From IMG/VR virus record IMGVR_UViG_3300028888_001839, positions 1-64,000 of that record: a DNA stretch of 64,000 nt. One strand, 5' to 3'. Positions 46,701 to 55,200 of this stretch are shown one piece after another. This stretch comes from a virus. Taxonomy: Duplodnaviria > Heunggongvirae > Uroviricota > Caudoviricetes. Numbering within the stretch: the stretch's first letter is position 1; each line of letters opens with the position of its first letter. The notes under the pieces are model-generated. The model made no database searches. It saw nothing but the letters and a program-made list of their open reading frames with translations, and was not told where the DNA came from. Both the position numbers and the translations under genes were made by a program.

Positions 46701-49700
46701 GAGAAGGATAGATGGACTGAACTTCCCAATGGGACTATGGTTAGACCCAAAATAGAGATAGCCCTCACAGGGAGTATTAAAACTCTAGCCTGCCAATCCA
46801 ATGCGAATTATCCTTTTCTAGCAACAGAACTAGGGAAGGGGATTCCTTATCTAGTAAGCATAACCGCTCCTGACACTATGGAGAGCTTAAAGCAGATAGG
46901 CGATTTTGTTTTCCAGGGCTGCTCCTCCCTAGAGTCGGTAACGGGATTTACTAGAGTAGAAACCATTGGTCAATATGCATTTAATGGATGCACAAACCTT
47001 AGCAACATAGGAGATGCCTCTTCTGGATTCATAGCAGTAACTGCTATCGGGAACAAAGCATTTGCCAATTGCCAGAGTCTGCAGAATCTTGCTTCCTTTG
47101 CTCATGTGCGGTCAATCGGTATAAGGGCATTTGAGAACTGCATATCTCTGACAGGAACTACGGGGTTGGGAAGTGCTTATGCGTCGCTTTCTCCTACCGA
47201 CTGGACCGATCAGGGACTTTCTGCTACTTTTGGTGCCTATGCCTTCGAAGGATGTGGCTTTGGCGCTATTGACATGGACAACTATAATGTCCCGCCCACC
47301 ATTCAAAGCACGACATTCCCTGGCGACCCAGCAGATGTTCTGGTGTTCGTGTCCACTGTCGATGGCGTCTTAGAATCATACAAGAAGGCTTCCGTATGGG
47401 TTCGTTATTTCAACAACATCATCGCTGCTTCAAACATTACACTAACTTTCCATGACTGTATTGATTCCCCGACCTCTCAGACTGATACCAACACTTATGA
47501 CCCCGTGACGGGACAGATGTCTATCAATGGAGATCCGGATGAAACCGTTGTGGTAGGAGAAACCACAACAACTACTGGATGGGCTTTCTACGGAGAAGGA
47601 GCAAAGCTCAACTTTACGGGCTCCTATCTCCTCATAGATTGGGGCGATGGCGAGACTACGACTCGACTTAATGAGAGCGGTGGCAATGAAGGGTGGACAC
47701 TACCAAACCACCCTTATAAATCTCTGAATGGAACAACTGCGACTATAAAAATAAGAGGCGACATTACAAAAATTTACCCTGTAAGTTCTAACGACCGAGA
47801 CCTTGACCCAGCTAGGGGCGAAAAGCCAGATGATAGTTTGGCTCCGTGCATAGGACTCATTCCGTTTACTGAGGTGTCTTCTTCTAAAGATGACTTTCAT
47901 TCGTTGGACTACGATTATGGAAAAATCATTTATGATGCAAAAGTCTCACTAGAATTTGGCACAGGATCGAAGCTGGAGAGGATTGGCTCATATAGTTTCC
48001 AAAATTGCAATATCAGTTCACTCACTTTTGGAAAACCTTCGGGTGAACCTCTTGTTATTGGAGACTGTGCATTCCGCAAATGTCACACCTCGACTTTAAA
48101 CATAACAGAGAGTGTACGAGCCGCAGATTCTAGTCTAGCCCCTGTCTCAACCAGAGATAGCATAAAATCAATAGGTAACTATGCCTTTGAAGACTGTACT
48201 CAATTAAACTCTACTGAGTTTCTGGATGGCGCAACTGAATCTATTGGAGTTGGAGCATTTAAGGGGTGTGCTGCTTTGAATTCCATTAAACTGCCCGCTT
48301 CTCTACTATCGGTATGTGAGTCTGCTTTTGAAGGGTGTTCAGGAATTGTTGGCGGCATCACATGGAAACAATCCACAGATGACGACATTCTAGATAATCC
48401 TAACATAACCATAGGAGCAAGGGCTTTCTATGGATGCACTGGTGCGAACAACGAAGAATGGGCAGTTTCGATTCCAAGCCAAGTCAAGAGCATAGGGGAA
48501 TCCGCATTCGAGAATTGCGGGATGAAGTCGTTCACGTGGGGGAATGCAACCGACCCTCATTCCTATGCCCTTCCAGCAGGAGCATTTAGGAACTGCGCAA
48601 ATCTGGTGAGTTTCAATGCCTACGGCATAACGTCTATCGGAGCCTATGCTTTCTTCGGGTGTACTAGTCTGCCCGATTCTTCTTTTGCGAGCATCATTGC
48701 TTCTGCAGAGGGTTCTCTCGGAAACTATGCATTTGCGCTCTGTCCAAAGCTCGGGGACATAACAATCCCGTTGGCTATCACTTCTCTTGGAGAGGGATGC
48801 TTCTCTAGGTCCAACAGAAACTTGCTATACGGACATTTCTATACTTCTCCCGATGGAGACAGCCAAACACTTGGTGAGAGGTATACGGGAATCACCGACT
48901 TCGAGAACTGGATGTCTGCGAAGTATGGAGAGAAGCACTTCGACGTGTGGGCGAAGTACGACAAGATGCTTCGGATTTCCGACCCTAACTATAGCGCCTT
49001 AAGAATCAGATGGGGAGAGGAAGGTTCTGGGAACACGTGGACGGCTCCAGACAATGCTTCGATAGGTGCGGCCTGCTTCATGAACTGCCGAGGGCTTGTC
49101 ATAGAATGGGACAAGTTCCCTTCGCTGACGCTGATTCCGGCATACTGCTTCTACAATTGCAATAGCTTGTTTAGCGGAAGAGACCTCTCAGAACTGCCTG
49201 ATACAATTGAAGTGTTCGAGAGATTCGCTCTCGCTAGGACTGGGATAAGCAGTATTGGGAGAACGGGGAATTCTCTTTCGGCAACCTTCGCCCCGGCATT
49301 GTTCCTGGGATGCGAAAACCTCACTTCTCTCAATGGCATTCAGACTCTCTTCTCTTCAACACCTTCGGCCTTGAATGAGGGATGCTTCCACGGATGCACA
49401 AACCTGAAAGAAGTAAATGCCTTGAGCGCAACGACACCGGTAGTCCAGTTGGGTGCCTACTGCTTTGCATACTGCACCAAACTGAAAGGCTCTGGAAGCA
49501 CCCTATACAACATCTCTAATGCGCTCCAGAACATAATAGAGATTGGAGAGGGGTGCTTTGAGGGATGTACTGGGATAACCAAGTTCGACGGGCTTGCAAA
49601 GGTCACCTACTATCCTTATAGAGCATTCTATGGCTGCGGAATCACCAGAATCAACAGGCTCTGCTCTGCTGAAGTGGGCGCTACAAATCCCGTGACGCTA

Positions 49701-51728
49701 GTTGGCGATTCCTTTGGCGGAAACAAAGATATAAGAATCATGTACTTCCCCTACGGGACAGATGAGAATCCCAAGGTTGTGCAGGTGGAGGAGGAAACCG
49801 GATACGTGGAAGACGAAAACGGGGAGAATGGGGAAGACGTTCTCTGCTACGATCCATTCAGCGCAATAGACACCGCAGAAAAGAAGAGGACTGTCCAGGT
49901 TGCGATTCCTACGGACATGATTCCGTACTACCAGACGTATCAGCCTTATGGGCCGCTCGGCATCTACTATTGGGCGCAGTATGCGCTTGTGACGGACACC
50001 AGTTCATCGAATCTCGCAATGTCCATGACGTTGCAGGTCCCCGCTGGCGGCGGCCGGATATGGGGAAATGGCGTTATCAAGAAGGATGCGGGAAAGAACG
50101 TCTATATCGACTGGGGAGACGGAAGCGGACTTGAGTCTATCGACAACGACCCTACCGACCCTACGAAAGCCCTTGTATCCAACCTCAGCCACGTTTACAG
50201 CGCGGAAAAGTTCGTCACTTCGCAGGTAGTCCCTGTCTCCATCTTTGGCGATGTGATTTCGTTCGCAGGAGAAGCCGACCATGCTCAGACGGCTACTCTG
50301 GGAAGGAAAAGGGTAAAGCCTCTGCTGGCAACATACGTGCTTCCTAAAGAGTCATCGTCTGATGAAGACAAGGAAGGGAACGCTTGGGCCATAAGCGTCT
50401 CTTTCGACGGAGCATTTCTGGAAGAGCTTACAGATGGGTGTCTGGGATACTGCACCAACCTTACCACGATACAGACACTTCCCGATACCGTCACTAAGTT
50501 CGGAGACAACCTCTTCTTTGGATGCGAGAAAATCACTAACCTTGACTTCGTTCCTTTGACCATATCGGAACTAGGGAAATTCTGTTTCGCATATTGCAAG
50601 GGATTGACCGACTTTAGCAACCTCAAACTTTGCACTAGCATTACGGAGATTCCAGACGGATGCTTCCTCAATGTCCGTCCCGCCGATAGCGATGCCAAGC
50701 TGGATTGGCTTCCTCAAACGGTCAACAAGATAGGGTTCTCGGCATTCCAGAGGTTCTGCTTCACGGGATTCGATTTCGGAACATCTTCGGGTACGCCTAA
50801 CAAGAGAGAGATAACGGTTGACAACTATGCTTTCCGTTACAACTATTCTCTGTCAAGCCTCGCCAACATAGTGCTAAAGTTCAATGCGGGGCGCGGAACG
50901 AACTGTTTTAGGGAATGCACTTCGCTTGCCAATCTAACTGGGTTGGAATTCGAGTCAAGCATAAAGGCATTGCCCAAGGCTATGTTCCGTGGATGCACCT
51001 CCTTGGCGAGCTTTGCTGGGATACCGTTACAAATTACGGAATATGGGGATGGGGCTTTCTATGGGACTGGCATTACCAGTTTGAATGGCATCAATTCGAC
51101 CGTAACAAAACTGGGGACTGAGGGAACCAAGACAACCGACAGCAACTTCTCCACCTATGGCGGAGTCTTTGAAAATTGTGCAAGTCTTACAAGCCTAGTG
51201 GGAATGCCAACCTCTGTCAGTTATCTAGGGGCGGCTGCATTTCGCGGATGTGAAGCTCTTACGGGGCTATCGGGAATCCCGAAAAATTCTAGTATTTCTG
51301 CAATGGGCGATTCATGCTTTGCTGGGTGTACGTCGATAGAGGATTTGTCGGGAATCGAGAATACGGGGATTAAGGATCTCCCACAAAAATGCTTTGCAGG
51401 GTGTACTGCTCTTCAAAGCATAGTGTATGATTCTGCGAATGAAGCTTCACGAATTCGGCTTCCAGCAAAGATTGAAATGATTGGGAAGAATTGCTTTGAA
51501 GGGTGTAAAAAGATAAGAGTCATCATGCTTGACAGATGGATGGAATCTGCGGCGGAACCAGTAACTTATCTGGCGGACACGAATCAAGACCCTAATGTAT
51601 TTGAATATGCGGCACTACGCGGAACTGTGAAAATAAGAGTCCCTGACGGGGCTTTAGCTGAATATCAGAGTCAATGGGCAGGTGTTGGTTCTAATCGGTT
51701 TGATGATGATGATATTGAGATTTATTGA
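40755..51728 (+). CDS. giant fusion: N-terminal baseplate wedge (gp25/gpW-like) domain plus about 8 modules of PKD-like beta domain and BspA LRR
   Basis: N-terminal NDLYL...LQTQQGELQFDPDRGIDYFGTVL...VASVDDF; dozens of IGxxAFxxCxxL repeats; DWGDG...HTY-type motifs. Confidence 0.85.
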   Translation: MKTLGRNADNDLYLEAGGLAILHDADAQCAVIEAILQTQQGELQFDPDRGIDYFGTVLQNPTYIDFWAAQVQSRIEDLDFVASVDDFTYRFDNQTSTLYWSMTVTNTDEDRLDLRDKKTVIDGSPGTDISWNDIYDKPTGVQQALDMVEAMHEEAVDTREMLTPSSTLRDTKGLLNRIIFDPNNEEYSKTRQVTFTFSGIPLGTVIDVSNIRLDILNTGSGEAYYAPFIVEIDDGLKLRADQTITMAATGNEVIFLDTDTGQDEEGHAYTTQKHTLLKGGTVTLTIKGNITRIWSADESKPIFLNSKGEPFAYLSGFSVGERVPLSAIGNGTFGNFGNLQKVVWNEGNESSITFGDYAFAGCSSLMEIAWLPKKTTSLGIGCFQNCKSLLSLKGLESTQIEQIPDDCFYGCTQLKNCGNLPERITSIGSHVFKGCTSFKNIDELPQTIESLGEECFCGCIGITAILYPPESLKTIGKRCFADCSSLESLYLSASTTEIGEGAYAGCAMLTNIMSDADAVPTLDATAFDGETPIVYVPASLLSAYQSDSVWGAMTVKKYGVYEFALEDMQAGTTLLGTTSNLISDSVWTISFGIGDKQQRFIPSVDALPSFTYKDVVANATITIKGYVRRIAAASSESYPFLATTAASAFTNLKSVTVTDSPLEMIGDYAFAQCVNLASIECGLEEERDYCIGERAFWGCSALTSTAWLKAGLGRLVKEHTTTYEQLDDGTIVPIETIVLFPAFGERCFWQSGITALEYDATDVKELPSYCFAETKISSISGLGTVVLESIGDHCFYKCSYLTDITALPYTGIATLPDYCFAECNSLTSIEGIESLVSEGMGSHVFENCAIENILPIANASEITAIAPYMFAGCSLSSLEGLTDKITELGEGCFSRNSLLKDVSAILEAPSVTEIPAKCFQASGLLALIGCWNITSIGAYAFADCTSLISTSGLGPDIANIGDYAFQNCTGLKQVSCIASNVPTISSSAFSGAPAPGIPLYVKEDMVGNFSSAATWNSFGAIASRTIKVHLQNIGGTEPGDVNIDTAAVVNTGVKVSIDPSAEHYLGVWYADYGDGTEFEHFYSSDSSVHDALAEHTYDERGNYTITLFGDIIEVWGDHTDNIVNGDYVASPPKDMDVPPFLGGLSSTASLISINSEYLKKIGDFCFFNYGQAPIPGNDNALSVSVTMDGAGTVGAYAFAKKDDAYGPMGTLGAFNAVTVGNYAFYKGGLNSSTPFSTVKTAGKAAFAKNPLLTELAGFSSLTKVTESLFEGCTGLITTSGLSAVTEIQDYGFKDCTGLTSVKDFSASFTRIGAGAFNNCPNITRIFMANVNPPYLAQDGFDGIGNEFLPKALVYVPAGRESAYQEQEYWYKFQTESEGTIQWRITSRAITFVLQNVTKALKIPANSFIVSATGNWTLDFGEGEDKRQYTAGTNEIDTYSFNSASARKEVKISGPVTSIRCTSSAYPIFGKDVGGKLLTSVSISEAMDITEIGNYLFRECKALESVNNADTIVSVGEYAFADAQKLWDITGLSNISSIERYAFSGCSSLTNLYGLNRVTTIGERAFNGCSSLKKIDGLGTGVTSIGDYAFASCPLQEVQMFAEEPPTMPTTAFSGLSSEVPLYVRTKCLTAYKESSSWGSVFGDIRSRFVEFTLTACPSNLTVKGNIGKVKSDTFWVVDWDAYDSDGVPSEDGAEEQYLPAHTYTLSGTHTLRLEGDIKGINAPKPEVVLGEHDIPTAITGNSFLTLIPDGESDPLIGDEHLLTRVFRSEYSALSEVGDAAFLNNGNLTTASLAGIISIGEAAFALDKGLTNLTLLDTVGVIDKYAFFGCEGLTSITGLNGNKSKVTIAEFAFGGISGLTYVQVGIREPSDAVITQTSFGYYEPITEAKNISVYVPLGKEGEYEGTIWGMFAISSQVIIFTLANVPSGTTILGISNTNTTGTARIESESRWSIDWDDGTQNNMEVDDTSFPSHTYLYDETDLIEKDRWTELPNGTMVRPKIEIALTGSIKTLACQSNANYPFLATELGKGIPYLVSITAPDTMESLKQIGDFVFQGCSSLESVTGFTRVETIGQYAFNGCTNLSNIGDASSGFIAVTAIGNKAFANCQSLQNLASFAHVRSIGIRAFENCISLTGTTGLGSAYASLSPTDWTDQGLSATFGAYAFEGCGFGAIDMDNYNVPPTIQSTTFPGDPADVLVFVSTVDGVLESYKKASVWVRYFNNIIAASNITLTFHDCIDSPTSQTDTNTYDPVTGQMSINGDPDETVVVGETTTTTGWAFYGEGAKLNFTGSYLLIDWGDGETTTRLNESGGNEGWTLPNHPYKSLNGTTATIKIRGDITKIYPVSSNDRDLDPARGEKPDDSLAPCIGLIPFTEVSSSKDDFHSLDYDYGKIIYDAKVSLEFGTGSKLERIGSYSFQNCNISSLTFGKPSGEPLVIGDCAFRKCHTSTLNITESVRAADSSLAPVSTRDSIKSIGNYAFEDCTQLNSTEFLDGATESIGVGAFKGCAALNSIKLPASLLSVCESAFEGCSGIVGGITWKQSTDDDILDNPNITIGARAFYGCTGANNEEWAVSIPSQVKSIGESAFENCGMKSFTWGNATDPHSYALPAGAFRNCANLVSFNAYGITSIGAYAFFGCTSLPDSSFASIIASAEGSLGNYAFALCPKLGDITIPLAITSLGEGCFSRSNRNLLYGHFYTSPDGDSQTLGERYTGITDFENWMSAKYGEKHFDVWAKYDKMLRISDPNYSALRIRWGEEGSGNTWTAPDNASIGAACFMNCRGLVIEWDKFPSLTLIPAYCFYNCNSLFSGRDLSELPDTIEVFERFALARTGISSIGRTGNSLSATFAPALFLGCENLTSLNGIQTLFSSTPSALNEGCFHGCTNLKEVNALSATTPVVQLGAYCFAYCTKLKGSGSTLYNISNALQNIIEIGEGCFEGCTGITKFDGLAKVTYYPYRAFYGCGITRINRLCSAEVGATNPVTLVGDSFGGNKDIRIMYFPYGTDENPKVVQVEEETGYVEDENGENGEDVLCYDPFSAIDTAEKKRTVQVAIPTDMIPYYQTYQPYGPLGIYYWAQYALVTDTSSSNLAMSMTLQVPAGGGRIWGNGVIKKDAGKNVYIDWGDGSGLESIDNDPTDPTKALVSNLSHVYSAEKFVTSQVVPVSIFGDVISFAGEADHAQTATLGRKRVKPLLATYVLPKESSSDEDKEGNAWAISVSFDGAFLEELTDGCLGYCTNLTTIQTLPDTVTKFGDNLFFGCEKITNLDFVPLTISELGKFCFAYCKGLTDFSNLKLCTSITEIPDGCFLNVRPADSDAKLDWLPQTVNKIGFSAFQRFCFTGFDFGTSSGTPNKREITVDNYAFRYNYSLSSLANIVLKFNAGRGTNCFRECTSLANLTGLEFESSIKALPKAMFRGCTSLASFAGIPLQITEYGDGAFYGTGITSLNGINSTVTKLGTEGTKTTDSNFSTYGGVFENCASLTSLVGMPTSVSYLGAAAFRGCEALTGLSGIPKNSSISAMGDSCFAGCTSIEDLSGIENTGIKDLPQKCFAGCTALQSIVYDSANEASRIRLPAKIEMIGKNCFEGCKKIRVIMLDRWMESAAEPVTYLADTNQDPNVFEYAALRGTVKIRVPDGALAEYQSQWAGVGSNRFDDDDIEIY

Positions 51729-51741
51729 ATGAATGGGTGGA

Positions 51742-51757
51742 TTTCCATCTAGGCATT
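51742..51757 (+). promoter_or_regulatory. candidate late promoter TTT-N7-GGCAWT
   Basis: TTT ccatcta GGCATT, 7 nt before ATG 51765; no Shine-Dalgarno. Confidence 0.55.
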
Positions 51758-51764
51758 TAATGAA

Positions 51765-52238
51765 ATGGATCCGGCGATATTCAGAAAAGGCGATGCTTCC
51801 AGCGTCCTTGTTGTGGACAAGTCGTGGAACGACATCATAGACAAGCCGGACTTCTTCGATGAACTCGCAGAGCGCATTGTGAAGATGTCCGATGCTGCCG
51901 ATTCCATTGGCGTAATGACAAAGGCCACCACTCTCCGCCAGTTCAAGGATGCCATAAATGCCGTCCTGATGGAGCCGCTTCTCGCTACCGTAGAACACGA
52001 CGGTCACAATGTTGTGAGAAAGCAGGGTTCGGTTCTGGTGGATGCATTCTGGGACGAAATCATAAAGCCTGACGACGTTTGGGAGAAGCTAAAGGCGGCG
52101 ATAGGGAAAGCATACGACATGAAGGTGCGAATCGGGGAGTGCAAGCCGCTTAAGGATTCGGACACGCTGATGAGGTCCAAGGAGACGTTCAACGACACCG
52201 TAATGAAGCCCCTTCTCGGAATCAACGAGGACGAGTAG
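51765..52238 (+). CDS. small two-repeat helical protein, candidate adaptor/chaperone for the giant LRR proteins
   Basis: Two W(N/D)(D/E)II(D)KP...TL..K...N....PL units, also present once in the 3657-aa protein. Confidence 0.75.
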   Translation: MDPAIFRKGDASSVLVVDKSWNDIIDKPDFFDELAERIVKMSDAADSIGVMTKATTLRQFKDAINAVLMEPLLATVEHDGHNVVRKQGSVLVDAFWDEIIKPDDVWEKLKAAIGKAYDMKVRIGECKPLKDSDTLMRSKETFNDTVMKPLLGINEDE

Positions 52239-52279
52239 TGAATACCTTTTTTCGGAGGATGATAATGAACATCGCAGGA

Positions 52280-55200
52280 ATGATGAAGAAGACTGCTATC
52301 ACAATCGCGACGGCACTCACCGCCGCTGCTACCATGTTCGGAGCGCCTAGCGACAAGCCGAAGATAACGGACACTCTTAACGACTTCAACCCAGAGTATC
52401 CGGTAGGCATCTACATCCAGGAGATAGCAAGCAACCAGATTGTCTCAGTCGTGAAACTCACGAACGGCGTCCTTTCTGTCGGGTCGGAATCCATCAACAT
52501 TGCGGAGCCTAGCCACAAGGTAGTTGAGACTAATGTTGTGGAAGGTGCCATCGTCATAACCACGAACACCTACTATACCGTGTATGAGGATGGACTAGAA
52601 AAGACGCTGAAGGAGTATGCTACAAAGGAGAAGATAGTCTCCATAGCGACGAACGAGCTTGGTGAGGTGACAACCAACTGGACGAAGGTGGCATATCTTT
52701 CCGACATTCCGCCAGACGAGAAAAAGGCGGACAAGGTCATATCCGTCTGGGAGTTCGTAGAACCTTCGAGAGGGGTGACTCTCTCCATGGTAGACAATCC
52801 AGAGATACCTTATGCTTACTGGAGGTGGGAGGACAAGGAAGATCCGACCACATACATCAATTTGTACTTCACCAATGGAATTTGGACGTTGGAGAACGGA
52901 GCAACTTCAACTTACACGGTGGAACTCCCGTTCGACGAGCCAGTTGTACAGATAGGAAGCCTATCTTTCGTCGCGACAAACAAGACTTCCGCGATGGTGG
53001 TCTACACCGATATGCTAGAAAAGGCTTTCGATGGGAAATTCGACCAGTTTGTTGCAAAGACGAATCTAGTTCCGATTGCGGAGCAGATTACGGAGGAGCG
53101 CCTACAGACGATAAACGGGATTGCCGACACTTTGAGGGGAATCAAGCAGGTCGTGAACAGCATTGCAGGAATCCCTTCTATGTCATTCACCTTCAATGCT
53201 CCCGCGCAGAACTTCAAGTGCTTCTTGACTTCAGCCGATATGAGCATACCGGGGGACATGGTGGAGATTGACTGGGGAGACGGCAGCGAAGTGGAACTTG
53301 CGACAATTCCAACCAACCACACGTACACCGCATATTCTAGCGAAACTGTCACAGTTAAGGTAAAGGGTTTTGTCAAGAAGATCAGCGGAAAAAACAAGCT
53401 GCCTTTCGCATACCTTGACGTGGACGGGGCAATATCTACAAACAGCCTTGCATCTGTGAGGATGGATGCTTTGATGCCTTTGGAGGTGGTTGGCGATTAT
53501 TCTTTTTGCGGATGCGGCGGAATGTCAGGAGACCTGTCCTTTCTCCCGAACTCTGTGACAAACCTCGGACAAGGATGCTTTTGGGGATGCGGAATAACGA
53601 GTCTAGCTGGCATGCCGTCCTCCATCTGGCAACTCCCAACTTTGTGCTTTCAAAGCACTCGCCTAACTTCTCTTGAAGGGATCTCTCTCGCCATCAAAAG
53701 TATCGGTACAAGGTGTTTTGCTTTTTCGGGATTGACAACTCTTAATGGTATACCGTCTGGTGTTGAGTCTATTGGAATTAGGTGTTTTGAAGGCTGCGAA
53801 TCACTCACTTCCATACAGAACCTATCATCTACACGATTGTCATCGCTAGGGGGCACGTGTTTTAAGAACTGTTCTAATCTTTTGTCGATTGATGGATTGC
53901 CGGCTGGCGTGACAAACATTCCGATAAATGCTTTTTACGGGTGTTCGAGTCTTTCTACTCTTGAAGGAATCCCACAACATGTGGCAGAAATAATGGATTA
54001 TGCTTTTGCTGAATGTAGAGGCTTGAAAGAAGCCGACTTGAACATAGAAGAACTTCGTCTTTTGGAAAGAGGTCTTTTCTCGGGGGATGAGAGCCTAACT
54101 TTAGTGACGATTTCGGGTAGTTTGACATCTAATTCCATATCACCTGATTTTCTTGCTTCGTGCGGTGGCGAAATGACTTTGAATGTCAGGTGCATTGGCA
54201 AAGACATAGATTCCATAACCAACATGTTTTCATTCCCTTTCGGAATTCGAAATAGCGGCGAACCTCCCGGAGCGTCCGTGTTCATCGCCACGGACGGACA
54301 GCTCGTGTCTGATGGAAGCGGTGGCTGGACGGTGAATCTTACCAGCACCGCTTTTTCCTTAATGGGGATAAGCACAAACACTGTTGCGCTTGGAGACATC
54401 GTTCCTTCTTCTTCTCCAAGGGTTGCCACGAGAGGTCTTAGCAAGAGGGCAGTACGGGACGTTCCTGCGGATAGCACCTATTCCATAGACTGGGGCGACG
54501 GAACGATAAACAAGGAGACGGCCCACACATATGCTTTCGCAAGCCAGACGAACATAACGATAAAGGTTCTAGGAGCGCTGGATTCCATCAGCGGAGATGC
54601 AACAAGGCCGTTTGTCTCTATAGACGGAAAAGCAACCAATAGCAGCCTAGTTGCCGTAGACTTCGGAAATGCCGTTGGCATACGGAACTTCGGAGAGGGT
54701 ACTTTCCGAAACTGCATTGAACTCACAGCGGATAGCATAACTGGAGTTGGGACTTCGCTCGATGCCCTAGGAATAGAGTGCTTTGCTGGATGCTCTAACA
54801 TTACCAATCTGCCTTGGCTCGTTTCCACTTCGGTAAGGGCTTTGCCAAACGGATGTTTCCGCAATTCAGGAATCACCACTGGTGAAGGGTATCTTCGCAA
54901 CATCAGTTCTTTGGGGGAGAACACCTTTAATGGATGCGCAAACCTGCAGTCCGTATCGTTCGTAACAAATCTACACATCACTTCCATTCCGAACGGATGC
55001 TTCCAAGACTGTTCTTCTCTTACGGAACTACCCGCTCTTGACGGAGTGACGAGTATTGGAAGGGATGCCTTTGCAAGATGCTCCAAGTTGGCAGACTTCA
55101 ACATACCTCGGCAGGTGACGATAGGCAACAATGCCTTTCTAGGATGCGGCACAGACCCTTCGGTGCCGACAAAGACGGATGAGGACGGCTTCAACTTCAA

